Below are positions 17,482 to 26,547 of a stretch of DNA of 64,000 nt, piece after piece (the first letter of the stretch is position 1; each line of letters opens with the position of its first letter). The position numbers were made by a program, and so were the translations under genes. Source of the DNA: Gaiellaceae bacterium (GTDB lineage: Bacteria > Actinomycetota > Thermoleophilia > Gaiellales > Gaiellaceae); NCBI GenBank assembly GCA_036556565.1, contig DATBJE010000267.1, positions 166 through 64,165 on the forward strand, read 5' to 3'. The notes under the pieces are model-generated. The model saw nothing but the letters and a program-made list of their open reading frames with translations, ran no database searches and was not told the origin of the DNA.

Positions 17482-18957
17482 GTGACGGGCTCCGACGACT
17501 CGACGGGCGCCGAGCGAAGCGTCCTCGACGCTCCCGACGCCGGTCAGAAGGTCATCCGCGGAGCCGCCGTGCGGTCACTCGGCTTCGCGGGCGGGAGGAT
17601 CCTCACGCTCCTGTCCGCGCCGTTCCTTCTCCGTCATCTCGGCGTGGTCGGGTTCGGCGGGTTCGCAGCGGTCCAGTCCATGATCGGAGTCGCCGCACTG
17701 GCGTCCGAGGGCGGCCTCACCGCAGTCGGAGTTCGCGAGTACTCCGTGCGCGACGACCGCGGACGCGCCTCGCTCATGCGCGCGATCCTGACGTTGCGGC
17801 TCGGCCTGTCCCTGCTGGGGGCCCTAGCCGCCGTCGCGCTCGCGCTGGCCGCCGGGTACTCGACGGCGCTCGTCGCGGGGGCGGCGTTGGCCGGGGTCGG
17901 GCTGGTGCTGCAGCTCCTTCAGCAGGGCCTCACGGTTCCCCTTGCGGCGCAGCTGCGATTCGGTGCGATCGCCGCGCTGGACTTCATCCGGCAGGCCTTG
18001 ACCGCGTCGGGAGTCGTGATCCTCGTCGCACTCGGCGCCTCGGTGACCGCGTTTCTCGCCATCTCGATCCCGGTCGGGATCATCGTCGGCATGGTGACGC
18101 TGATTGCCCTGCGCGGCCACCTCGTGCTGAGCGCCGGGACCGGGCGCTCCGAGCTCTCGGCCGTGGCTCGCGACGCGTTCGCAGTCGTCGGAGCGACCAT
18201 CCTCGGGTCGCTCTTCTACCGGCTTTCGGTCGTGCTGACTTCCCTGCTCTCCACGGAGGCGGAGACCGGCTACTTCGCCGCCTCCCAACGCGTGATCGAG
18301 ATGCTCCTGCCCTTCATCTCCCTGGTCAACTCGGCGACCTTCCCCGTGCTCTCCCGAGCGGCACACACCTCCTTCGACCGACTCGCGTACGGGCTCCAGC
18401 AGGTCTTCGACGTGAACCTCGTCATCGGCGGCTGGACGGGGCTGGTGCTGCTGCTCGGCGCGGAGCCGATCATCCGCTTCCTCGGCGGCTCCGAGTTCGA
18501 CGGGGCGATACCGGCGCTCCAGCTCCTGGCGGTCGGGATCGCCGCATCCTTCGTCAGTGCCGGCTGGGGAACGGCGCTGATCGCGATGCGCGAGCAGCGA
18601 GCGCTCTTCTTGGCGACGGCCTTCGGCGCGGCCGTCGGCGTAGCGCTTCTGGCGGTCTTGACCCCCAACGAGGGCGCGCAGGGGGCCGCCCTGGCCGTGG
18701 CGATCGGAGAAGTCGTGCGAGCGCTCGCGACAGGCCTGGCGCTCGTACGGGTGCGGCCCGAGCTTCGGCCGCGCCTTACCCTGGTACCCAAGCTCGTCGT
18801 CGCGCTCGGGCTCGCCGGCCTGGTCGCCTTGACGGGGATCAACGCCGTCGTTGTGTGTGTGCTCGCAAGCGGGATCTACTTCGGCCTCCTCGCCGTGACC
18901 GGCGGCCTCCCGCCCGAGGTGTGGGGCGCCTTCCGGGCCCTCGGGCGAGGCCGCTAG
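17482..18957 (+). CDS. Wzx-like polysaccharide flippase (MOP superfamily), copy 1
   Basis: 491 aa with about 12-14 TM helices. N-terminal VIRGAAVRSLGFAGGRILTLLSAPFLLRHLG is typical of Polysacc_synt proteins. Confidence 0.8.
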   Translation: MTGSDDSTGAERSVLDAPDAGQKVIRGAAVRSLGFAGGRILTLLSAPFLLRHLGVVGFGGFAAVQSMIGVAALASEGGLTAVGVREYSVRDDRGRASLMRAILTLRLGLSLLGALAAVALALAAGYSTALVAGAALAGVGLVLQLLQQGLTVPLAAQLRFGAIAALDFIRQALTASGVVILVALGASVTAFLAISIPVGIIVGMVTLIALRGHLVLSAGTGRSELSAVARDAFAVVGATILGSLFYRLSVVLTSLLSTEAETGYFAASQRVIEMLLPFISLVNSATFPVLSRAAHTSFDRLAYGLQQVFDVNLVIGGWTGLVLLLGAEPIIRFLGGSEFDGAIPALQLLAVGIAASFVSAGWGTALIAMREQRALFLATAFGAAVGVALLAVLTPNEGAQGAALAVAIGEVVRALATGLALVRVRPELRPRLTLVPKLVVALGLAGLVALTGINAVVVCVLASGIYFGLLAVTGGLPPEVWGAFRALGRGR

Positions 18958-18986
18958 CGCCCGGGCGGGGCTACACTCGCCCGCGC

Positions 18987-20276
18987 ATGGCCTCCAGAAC
19001 ACCACCACGGACGAGCCTGACGACCCGAACGACGTGCCGGGTCTGCAACTCGCCTGAGCTCGCGCCGGTCCTCTCACTCGGCGAGCAGTGCATCGCGGGC
19101 GCGTTCGCCGATCCGAACGGCAGCAAGCCGGTCGAGCGGCCGATCCCGCTCGAGCTCGTCCGCTGCGACATGACTGCCGACCAGGACGCATGCGGCCTCC
19201 TGCAGACGCGCCACACGGTCCCTGCAGCGATCCTCTATTCGAACTACTGGTACCGCAGCGGCGTGAACCGGACGATGACCGAGAACCTCCACGAGATCGC
19301 CCAGGAGGCGGAGAGCCTCGTCCAGCTGCGGCCGGGAGATCTGGTCGTGGACATCGGCTGCAACGACGGCACCCTCTTTGACGGCTATCAGACAGAAGGT
19401 CTCCGCTATCTCGGCTTCGACCCCTCGGACGTCACGCGCTACGCGGTGGAGAAGGGCTACGACGTCGTCCGCGACTTCTACTCGTTCGAGCGGCTCCAGC
19501 AGCACGCCCCGGACCGCAAGGCGCGCGTGATCACGAGCGTCGCGATGTTCTACGACCTCGAGGACCCGAGCGCGTTCGTGGAGGACGTGGTGAGTGCGTT
19601 GTCGGAAGACGGCGTGTGGGCCATGGAGCTCCACTACATGCCGACGATGCTCGAGCGGAACGCGTTCGACGTGATCGTGCACGAGCATCTCGAGTACTAC
19701 TCATTGGCCGTCATCGAGCGCCTGATCACGCAGGCAGGGCTCGAGACCATCAAGGCGAGCCTCAACGACGTCAACGGCGGATCGATCCGCCTGTTCTTCG
19801 CGCGAGCAGGCCGGATCCCGATCGACGAGGACGACCAGCGGGCGCTCCAGCAGATCCGGATCCGCGAGTTCGAGCTCGCGCTCGAGACACCTGAGCCGTA
19901 CGAGCGGTTCAAAGAGGGCGCCGAGCGGATCAAGACGGAGCTCCACGACATCTGCACCAAGCTGCATGCCGAAGGCAAGACGATTCACATCTACGGCGCC
20001 TCGACCAAGGGGAACACGATTCTCCAGTACGCAGACCTGGACGTCTCGGTGATCCCCTACGCCGCCGACCGCAATCCCGACAAGTGGGGGTCGAGGACGA
20101 TCCGGACGAACATCCCGATCATCGGCGAGGAGGAGTCGCGGCAGATGAAGCCCGACTACTACCTCGTCCTTCCCTGGCACTTCCTGGACGAGTTCCTCGA
20201 GCGCGAGAAGGACTATCTCGACGGCGGCGGCCGCTTCATCGTTCCTCTCCCCGAGGTCCGCATCCTGCCGGAGTGA
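18987..20276 (+). CDS. NDP-hexose C-methyltransferase (TylC3/TcaB9-like)
   Basis: ATG 18987. N-terminal Cys cluster CRVCNS...VRCDMTADQDACGLLQ, YSNYWYRSG, VVDIGCNDGTL SAM loop. C-terminal IHIYGASTKGNTILQY...YYLVLPWHF matches the C-methyltransferase C-terminal domain. Confidence 0.8.
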   Translation: MASRTPPRTSLTTRTTCRVCNSPELAPVLSLGEQCIAGAFADPNGSKPVERPIPLELVRCDMTADQDACGLLQTRHTVPAAILYSNYWYRSGVNRTMTENLHEIAQEAESLVQLRPGDLVVDIGCNDGTLFDGYQTEGLRYLGFDPSDVTRYAVEKGYDVVRDFYSFERLQQHAPDRKARVITSVAMFYDLEDPSAFVEDVVSALSEDGVWAMELHYMPTMLERNAFDVIVHEHLEYYSLAVIERLITQAGLETIKASLNDVNGGSIRLFFARAGRIPIDEDDQRALQQIRIREFELALETPEPYERFKEGAERIKTELHDICTKLHAEGKTIHIYGASTKGNTILQYADLDVSVIPYAADRNPDKWGSRTIRTNIPIIGEEESRQMKPDYYLVLPWHFLDEFLEREKDYLDGGGRFIVPLPEVRILPE

Positions 20277-20280
20277 GGCG

Positions 20281-21273
20281 ATGCTGAAGGTCGGCCTCCT
20301 CTCGAGCTGGAACACCATCTGCGGCATCTCGGAGTACTCCCGCTCGCTCGTCCAGGCGATGCGGCGCCGGGGTGACCTCCACGTGCAGGTCTTCGGCTCC
20401 CGCAACTTCGGTGAGCGCGACGTCCGCGCCTACGAGCAGGACGAGGTGCCGGTCATGGACATCCAGGCCTGGCACCCCGAGAAGAAGACCGAGCTCGACG
20501 TGGAGACGATCCTCGCCGCCGACCTGGAGGTCCTCCACATCCAGTACTCGAGCCTCTTCTACAACCGGCGCCGCCTGGTCGACCTGATGCGCAGGTTCGA
20601 CGGCGTGCTCGCCGTCACCTACCACGACAAGGTGCTCGGTCGAGGCTTCCCGTGGCAGCTCGCCGATCTGCTCTTCGCCCACCGGGAAGACGTCGGGCTC
20701 GGGCCCAGGAAGCTGATCCCCCAGGGCATCGACGTCCGGCCGCCCGTCGTGAAGACCTTCGGCCTGGGCGGCAAGTCGCGTGATGTCGACATGATCGCGG
20801 ACATCTGCGCACGGAACGGATGGCAGCTCGAGACGACCTTCGGCCGCCAGAGCTGGATGGAAACGGAAGACCTGCGGGAATGGCTCCGTGACTCGGACGC
20901 GATCGTCCTCTGGTACCCCGAGGTGAAGACGTCCGGTGGGAGCGCGAGCGCCCCGCTCGCGATCGGGACGCGGCGCCTGGTGTTCGTGAACGACACGCTG
21001 TCGTTCAGCGACCTGCCCGAGCGCACGGCGAACCTCCGCAAGGTCTCGTCGCCCGAGGAGCTCGAGCTGGCGATGCGAGAGGAGCTCGTAAACGAGTACG
21101 CCGAGGCCCGCAGCTGGGACCGCGTCGCGGCCTTCACCGTGGACTCCTATCGCAAGGCACTCGCGGGGCGCAACGGTGCCCGCGCACGGCGCGCACCGCT
21201 GAGCGCTCGGGTCTACACCGCGCTCGACTACAAGCCGCTGTCCCGCGTCAAGCATCGCCTGAGCCTGCGTTGA
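20281..21273 (+). CDS. Divergent GT-B (GT4-like) glycosyltransferase
   Basis: MLKVGLLSSWNTICGISEYSRSLV N-terminus is typical of GT4 enzymes. The C-terminal Rossmann half lacks a clean EX7E. Confidence 0.55.
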   Translation: MLKVGLLSSWNTICGISEYSRSLVQAMRRRGDLHVQVFGSRNFGERDVRAYEQDEVPVMDIQAWHPEKKTELDVETILAADLEVLHIQYSSLFYNRRRLVDLMRRFDGVLAVTYHDKVLGRGFPWQLADLLFAHREDVGLGPRKLIPQGIDVRPPVVKTFGLGGKSRDVDMIADICARNGWQLETTFGRQSWMETEDLREWLRDSDAIVLWYPEVKTSGGSASAPLAIGTRRLVFVNDTLSFSDLPERTANLRKVSSPEELELAMREELVNEYAEARSWDRVAAFTVDSYRKALAGRNGARARRAPLSARVYTALDYKPLSRVKHRLSLR

Positions 21274-22025
21274 GCAACCTCGACTTCGCGGTGCTGTCGA
21301 GCCGGCAGCAGGTCGACGACGCCTGGGAGAAGTTGCGCCGCGATGCGGTCGTGGACGAGCTGCCGCCGGGTCTCGTTGCGCGCGCGAAGCGGCTCCTTCG
21401 GCGTCCGAATGCCGCTACAGCGCTGGTTCCGGACCCGAGGAAGAGCTGGGACGTGCTGCGGGCGCTCGAGGCGATTCAGGAGCGGTGCGATCGCGGGGAC
21501 GCCGTACTGGACATGGGCAGCGTGGGGTGCGCCATCGCTCCCGCGCTGCACCGACTCGGCTATCGCGACCTCCACGGGATCGATCTTGACCCACAGGTCG
21601 AGCTGATGGCGCACGCCGACGCGGTCGACTACCGCGTCGGCGACATGACCGCCACGCCGTACGACGACGCGTCGTTCTGCGCGATCACGGCAATCAGCGT
21701 GATCGAGCACGGCTTCCAGCCCGAGCCGCTGCTGCGCGAGGTCGCACGCCTCCTCAGGCCGGGCGGTTTCTTCTTCTTCTCGACCGACTACTGGCCGGAC
21801 AAGATCGACACAAGCCACATCCGTCTCTTCGACATGACCTGGGACATCTTCAGCGCCGACGAGATCGAGCGCTTCGTCGCGGCCGGGGAGAAGGTGGGGC
21901 TCCAACCCGCCTCGGCCTCCTTTGCGGCCGGCCTCCGCGAGGTTGGCGAGCCGACCATCTCGTACCAGGGCTTCGACTACACGTTCCTGGCCGGAGCCCT
22001 CGTCCGTGCGCGTGGGACGATGTGA
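21270..22025 (+). CDS. Class I SAM-dependent methyltransferase
   Basis: TTG start overlapping the previous stop. VLDMGSVGCAIAP, FCAITAISVIEH, LLRPGGFFFFSTD. Confidence 0.7.
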   Translation: MSNLDFAVLSSRQQVDDAWEKLRRDAVVDELPPGLVARAKRLLRRPNAATALVPDPRKSWDVLRALEAIQERCDRGDAVLDMGSVGCAIAPALHRLGYRDLHGIDLDPQVELMAHADAVDYRVGDMTATPYDDASFCAITAISVIEHGFQPEPLLREVARLLRPGGFFFFSTDYWPDKIDTSHIRLFDMTWDIFSADEIERFVAAGEKVGLQPASASFAAGLREVGEPTISYQGFDYTFLAGALVRARGTM

Positions 22026-22738
22026 TCGCCGTGGTCGAGGCCGTGACGTTCGACTTCTGGAACACGCTCATGTGGGAGGAGCCCGGCTCGCTGCGCGAGA
22101 AGCGGCTCGAAGCCTGGCGTGAGTCACTCGGGGCGGTGGACGAAGAGGCACTGCAGGAGGCGCACGACGCCGCGCACCAGGAGTACGTCGACTCGTGGGT
22201 CGCCGGACGGCAGTTCCGCGTGGAGGAGGCCGTCGCCCACATGCTCAGCGGCTCCAACGGCTCGCTCGGCAGAGACGCCGCGCCGGTGCTGGTCGAGGGC
22301 TTCAGCGAGGGCGGCCGGCGGGCGGCGGTGCATCCCAGCGACGGCGTCGGCGAGTGCCTGGCATCGCTGAAGGCGGGCGGCACCCGGATCGGGATCGTGT
22401 GCGACATCGGGCTGACGCCGTCTCCGGTCGTGCGCGAGCTGCTCGAGCGGGCGGGGCTCCTCGACTACTTCGACGGAATGTCGTTCTCGGACGAGGTCGG
22501 GCATTACAAGCCGCACCCGGCGATCTTCGAGCACGCCCTGGCGGGACTGGGCGGCGTCCCGGCCGAGCGCGCCGCCCACGTCGGCGACCGCGTCCGCACC
22601 GACGTCGACGGCGCGGCCGCGATGGGCATGAAGGCAGTCAGGTACAACGGCGTCTACGAGGACGAGCTGGCCGGGCAGCGCGAGGAGGTCGTCGTCCGCG
22701 ACCTTCGCGAGCTTCCACGGCTCCTCGGGGTCGAGTGA
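22022..22738 (+). CDS. HAD-superfamily hydrolase (subfamily IA-like); candidate Kdo8P phosphatase surrogate
   Basis: VTFDFWNTL motif I, GIVCDIG motif II, HVGDRVRTDVDGAAAMGM motif IV. GTGA overlap upstream and 1-nt overlap with kdsD. Confidence 0.7.
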   Translation: MIAVVEAVTFDFWNTLMWEEPGSLREKRLEAWRESLGAVDEEALQEAHDAAHQEYVDSWVAGRQFRVEEAVAHMLSGSNGSLGRDAAPVLVEGFSEGGRRAAVHPSDGVGECLASLKAGGTRIGIVCDIGLTPSPVVRELLERAGLLDYFDGMSFSDEVGHYKPHPAIFEHALAGLGGVPAERAAHVGDRVRTDVDGAAAMGMKAVRYNGVYEDELAGQREEVVVRDLRELPRLLGVE

Positions 22739-23700
22739 TGGCGGGCGCCGGGGACTTCCTCCGTCACGAAGCCGAGGCGATCGCGGCGGCGGCGGACCGG
22801 CTCGACGAGGCACGCTTCGCCCAGGCCGTCGACATCCTCGCGAGCTGCACGGGGCTCGTGGCCACGACCGGCGCGGGCACCTCCGGGATCGTGGCGCGCA
22901 AGATCGCGGCAACGCTCACGAGCACCGGCACGCCGGCGCACTACGTCCACCCCACCGACGCGCTGCACGGCGGGCTGGGCGTGATCGGCCGCCAGGAGGT
23001 CGTGATCGCCGTCAGCAACAGCGGGGAGACGGAGGAGATCTCCGTCCTGCTGCCCTACCTGCGGAGCCGTGAGGTCGAGGTGATCGCGATCGTCGGAAAC
23101 CTCGATTCGACGCTCGCGCGCGAGGCGGCCGTCGCGCTCGACTCGTTCGCCGAGCGCGAGGCCGGGCCGCATGGGCTCGTGCCGACTGCCAGCGTGGCGG
23201 TCGCGCTTGCGATCGCCGATGCCCTCGCGCTGACCGTGATGGAGACGAAGGGCATCACGCGTGACGCGTTCGCCGCGAACCACCCGTCGGGCCGACTCGG
23301 GCGGCGCCTGACCCTCCGGGTGTCCGACGTGATGCACGGGGAGGGCGTGCAGCCGACGATCGGCGCGGACGCGCCGCTCGTGGAGGTGGTCGGCAGGATC
23401 AGCGACGGCGGCCTCGGCGCGGTGAACGTCGTCGACGAGCAGTCCCGCCTCCTGGGGATCGTCACCGACGGCGACCTCAGACGGACGCTCCAACGCTGCA
23501 GTCCGGAGCAGCTCGCGGAGCTCCGTGCCGAGGAGATCATGACGCGCGACCCCGTCGTGATCGGCCCGGACGCCATGGCCTACGAGGCGCTGAGGCTGAT
23601 GGAGGATCGCCCGTCACAGATCGCCGTCCTGCCGGTGGTCGCCGACGGCCTGTGCGTCGGGCTCGTCCGGCTCCACGACCTCGTCCGAATCGGGCTCTAG
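22738..23700 (+). CDS. kdsD: Arabinose-5-phosphate isomerase (SIS + tandem CBS; KdsD/KpsF/GutQ family)
   Basis: ATG 22738. VATTGAGTSGIVARKIAATL, VIAVSNSGETEE, FAANHPSGRLGRRL, then two CBS repeats. Confidence 0.9.
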   Translation: MAGAGDFLRHEAEAIAAAADRLDEARFAQAVDILASCTGLVATTGAGTSGIVARKIAATLTSTGTPAHYVHPTDALHGGLGVIGRQEVVIAVSNSGETEEISVLLPYLRSREVEVIAIVGNLDSTLAREAAVALDSFAEREAGPHGLVPTASVAVALAIADALALTVMETKGITRDAFAANHPSGRLGRRLTLRVSDVMHGEGVQPTIGADAPLVEVVGRISDGGLGAVNVVDEQSRLLGIVTDGDLRRTLQRCSPEQLAELRAEEIMTRDPVVIGPDAMAYEALRLMEDRPSQIAVLPVVADGLCVGLVRLHDLVRIGL

Positions 23701-23704
23701 GCCG

Positions 23705-24511
23705 ATGCGAATCCCGGGCATCCGCCGCCTCGGTCGACCGTCGCTGCACGACCGTTACGACGAGGGCCAGACGGCGTCGGAGCTCATCGACCGCTTGTCG
23801 GACGACGACCTGGAGCGTCTGAACGCCCTGCTGCCGTGGCGCGCCTTCACGGTCGACTCGCGTGGCCGCCCCTTCGGCGGGACCGCCTGGCGCGGGAAGC
23901 GCGATCGTCCGTCGGAGCTGCCCGACCGGCGAATCCTCCTGTTTCAGGAGCGCTTCGACCTCTCGGACAAGCACGTGCTCGAGGTGGGCTGCTTCGAAGG
24001 CATCCACACGATCGCGCTGTGCCGGCTCGCCGAGCGCGTCACTGCCGTCGACGCCCGCGTGGAGAACGTCGCCAAGACGATCGTCCGCTGCGGGCTCTTC
24101 GACGTGCGGCCGCGGGTGGCGGTGTGCGACGTCGAGGCGGTCGAGGACGACGACCTGCTGCACGCCGACCTCTGCCACCACGTCGGTGTCCTCTATCACC
24201 TCGACGATCCGGCCACCCATCTGCGCCGTCTGGGCACCTGGATCTCGCGGGGCGTCATGCTCGACACGCACTACGCGCGCGACGAGGACGCGAGCGGGGA
24301 GTATGCGGTCGACGGCGAGCGCTTCCGTTATCGCCCCTACCGGGAGGGAGGGCGCCGGGATGTCTTCTCCGGGATCCGGCCGTCGTCCAAGTGGCTTCGT
24401 CTCGACGACATCGAGGCTCTCCTGCGGGGAGGCGGGTTTGCGACGGTCGAGATCGTCGAGAAGCGTGACGAGCGCAACGGTCCGCGCGTCCTGCTCTTCG
24501 CCGAGCGGTAG
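23705..24511 (+). CDS. Class I SAM-dependent methyltransferase
   Basis: VLEVGCFEGIHTIAL SAM loop and HVGVLYHLDDP, with a CmoB/DUF1698-like layout. Confidence 0.65.
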   Translation: MRIPGIRRLGRPSLHDRYDEGQTASELIDRLSDDDLERLNALLPWRAFTVDSRGRPFGGTAWRGKRDRPSELPDRRILLFQERFDLSDKHVLEVGCFEGIHTIALCRLAERVTAVDARVENVAKTIVRCGLFDVRPRVAVCDVEAVEDDDLLHADLCHHVGVLYHLDDPATHLRRLGTWISRGVMLDTHYARDEDASGEYAVDGERFRYRPYREGGRRDVFSGIRPSSKWLRLDDIEALLRGGGFATVEIVEKRDERNGPRVLLFAER

Positions 24512-24514
24512 AGC

Positions 24515-25420
24515 TTGGGACGCGTCGGCCTCGTCGGTTGCGGAGCGTGGGGCAGGTTCATCCTTCGCGACCTCGTGTCGCTTGGCTGCGAGGTGCCGGT
24601 CGTCGTCAGGTCGGAACGGAGCATCGAGAACGCGGAAGGTGGCGGTGCCGAACGCGTTGTCGGGACGATCGGCGAGCTCCCCGAGGTCGGCGGGGTCGTC
24701 GTCGCGACCAACACGCCGACGCACGCGGCGATCGTGGAAGAGGCGCTCGAGCTCGGCGTCCCGGTCTACGTCGAGAAGCCGCTCGCCGACGACGTGCGCG
24801 ACGCCGAGCGCCTCGCCGCGCTGGCGCCGGATCGCCTCTTCGTGATGGACAAGTGGCGGTACCACCACGGCGTCGAGCTCCTCGCGGAGATCGCACGGAG
24901 CCGAGAGCTCGGTCGCGTGATCGGCCTGCGCACGTCCAGGATCGGCTGGGGCAACCCGCACGACGTCGACGCCGTGTGGATCCTCGCGCCGCACGACCTT
25001 TCGATCGGGCTCGAGGTGCTCGGTCACCTCCCGGCGGCGAGGAGCGCGGTTGCCGACGCGGTCGACGGCACCGCCACAGGGCTCGTCGGCCTCCTCGGCG
25101 AGTCGCCGTGGCTCACGCTCGACGTGTCGGCCCGGGCGCCCACGAGGCGGCGGGAGGTCGTGCTCGTGTGCGAAGAGGGCGTGGCGGTGCTCGGGGACGG
25201 TTACGCCGACCGCGTCCAGGTCATTCGCGGAGCCGATCCCTCTGACGCCGCGTCCGAGCCGGAGGAGCGCGAGATCTCCACGGAGCTCCCGTTGCTTCGC
25301 GAGCTGCGGGCGTTCGTGGAGCATCTGGACGGCGGCCCGGCGCCGAAGAGCTCCGCCGCCGAGGGAGCGCAGATCGTCCGGACGATCGTCGAGCTGCGGA
25401 CGTTGGCGGGCCTGTCGTGA
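24515..25420 (+). CDS. Gfo/Idh/MocA-family NAD(P)-dependent sugar oxidoreductase
   Basis: TTG start. VGLVGCGAWGRF Rossmann motif, VYVEKPLA, DKWRYHHG. Confidence 0.75.
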   Translation: MGRVGLVGCGAWGRFILRDLVSLGCEVPVVVRSERSIENAEGGGAERVVGTIGELPEVGGVVVATNTPTHAAIVEEALELGVPVYVEKPLADDVRDAERLAALAPDRLFVMDKWRYHHGVELLAEIARSRELGRVIGLRTSRIGWGNPHDVDAVWILAPHDLSIGLEVLGHLPAARSAVADAVDGTATGLVGLLGESPWLTLDVSARAPTRRREVVLVCEEGVAVLGDGYADRVQVIRGADPSDAASEPEEREISTELPLLRELRAFVEHLDGGPAPKSSAAEGAQIVRTIVELRTLAGLS

Positions 25421-26547
25421 CGCTCGCGGCCACCGTTCTCGTCCCGACGCACGACCACGGCAAGACGCTCCTCCGCTCGGTGCCCAGCGCCCTCGCCCAG
25501 ACGATGACGGACATCGAGGTGTTCGTGATCGGAGACGGAGTACCGCCGGTCACCCGTGAGGTCATGGCAGAGCTGACGGCGTCGGACGAGCGCGTCCGCT
25601 TCTTCGACAATCCGAAGGGTCCGCGCCACGGGGAGATCCACCGGCACGAGGCGCTTGCAGAGGCCCGGGGCGAGATCGTGTGCTACCTGTCCGACGACGA
25701 CCTCTGGCTTCCCGGCCATCTCGCGCAGATGCGCGCGCTGCTCGCCGATGCGGACTTCGCCCACGCGCGCCCCATCTGGATCGATGTCGACGGCCGGCCG
25801 CACGGGTGGCGGGTGGACCTCGCTCGGCCGTTCTACCGGAAGCTGCTGCTCGGCGGCGAGAACCGCGTCCCGCACTGCGGCGCCGGGCACACGGCCGACC
25901 TGTACTCGCGCCTGCCGGCAGGCTGGCGGACCACCCCGGACGGCATTCCCACCGACCTGTACATGTGGCAGCAGATCCTGTCCGTGCCCGGCTGCCGTGC
26001 GGTGAGCGGGACGCGCCCCACCGTCCTGCACTTCCCGAGCCCGGACCGCAAGGGCTGGAGCAGCGAAGAGCGCCTGTCCGAGCTCGACCGCTGGGTCCCG
26101 CGGCTGTCGGACCCGGACCTCGAGCGGATACTTCTGGTCGGATTGCTGGAGACGGCGACGGTCGACGCGATCGAGCTCGAGGAGTCGCGCGCGGCACTCG
26201 AGGAGACGCTACGTGAGGTGAACGACCACCGCACTCAGCTCGACGGCCAACTGCGCGAGATCGACGCGGAGCGCGCCACGCTCTCGACCAGGCTCGAGCA
26301 GCTGGACGGTCAACTCCGGCTGGTCGATCAGGAGCTGGCCGCGCTCAGCGACCGGAGCTTGCGAGCACGCCTCGGACGCGTCCTCAGATCGGCTGCCAGG
26401 CCTCGAGCTGTTTCATCAACCCCTGCAACGGCGGCGCAGCCGCGTCCCGCTCCGACACTCGAGGAGTCTCGGTCGGCCACGGGATCTCCAGGTCCGGATC
26501 GTCCCAGCGACACCCGAGCTCGTCCGCCGGATTCCAGTACTCGCTGA
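25417..26547 (+). CDS. GT2-like glycosyltransferase with C-terminal coiled coil and low-complexity tail
   Basis: TVLVPTHDHGKTL, EVFVIGDG, YLSDDDLW (DxD). The coiled coil is LEESRAALEETLREVNDHRTQLDGQLREIDAERATL. The last 164 nt overlap the convergent cupin gene. Confidence 0.65.
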   Translation: MTLAATVLVPTHDHGKTLLRSVPSALAQTMTDIEVFVIGDGVPPVTREVMAELTASDERVRFFDNPKGPRHGEIHRHEALAEARGEIVCYLSDDDLWLPGHLAQMRALLADADFAHARPIWIDVDGRPHGWRVDLARPFYRKLLLGGENRVPHCGAGHTADLYSRLPAGWRTTPDGIPTDLYMWQQILSVPGCRAVSGTRPTVLHFPSPDRKGWSSEERLSELDRWVPRLSDPDLERILLVGLLETATVDAIELEESRAALEETLREVNDHRTQLDGQLREIDAERATLSTRLEQLDGQLRLVDQELAALSDRSLRARLGRVLRSAARPRAVSSTPATAAQPRPAPTLEESRSATGSPGPDRPSDTRARPPDSSTR

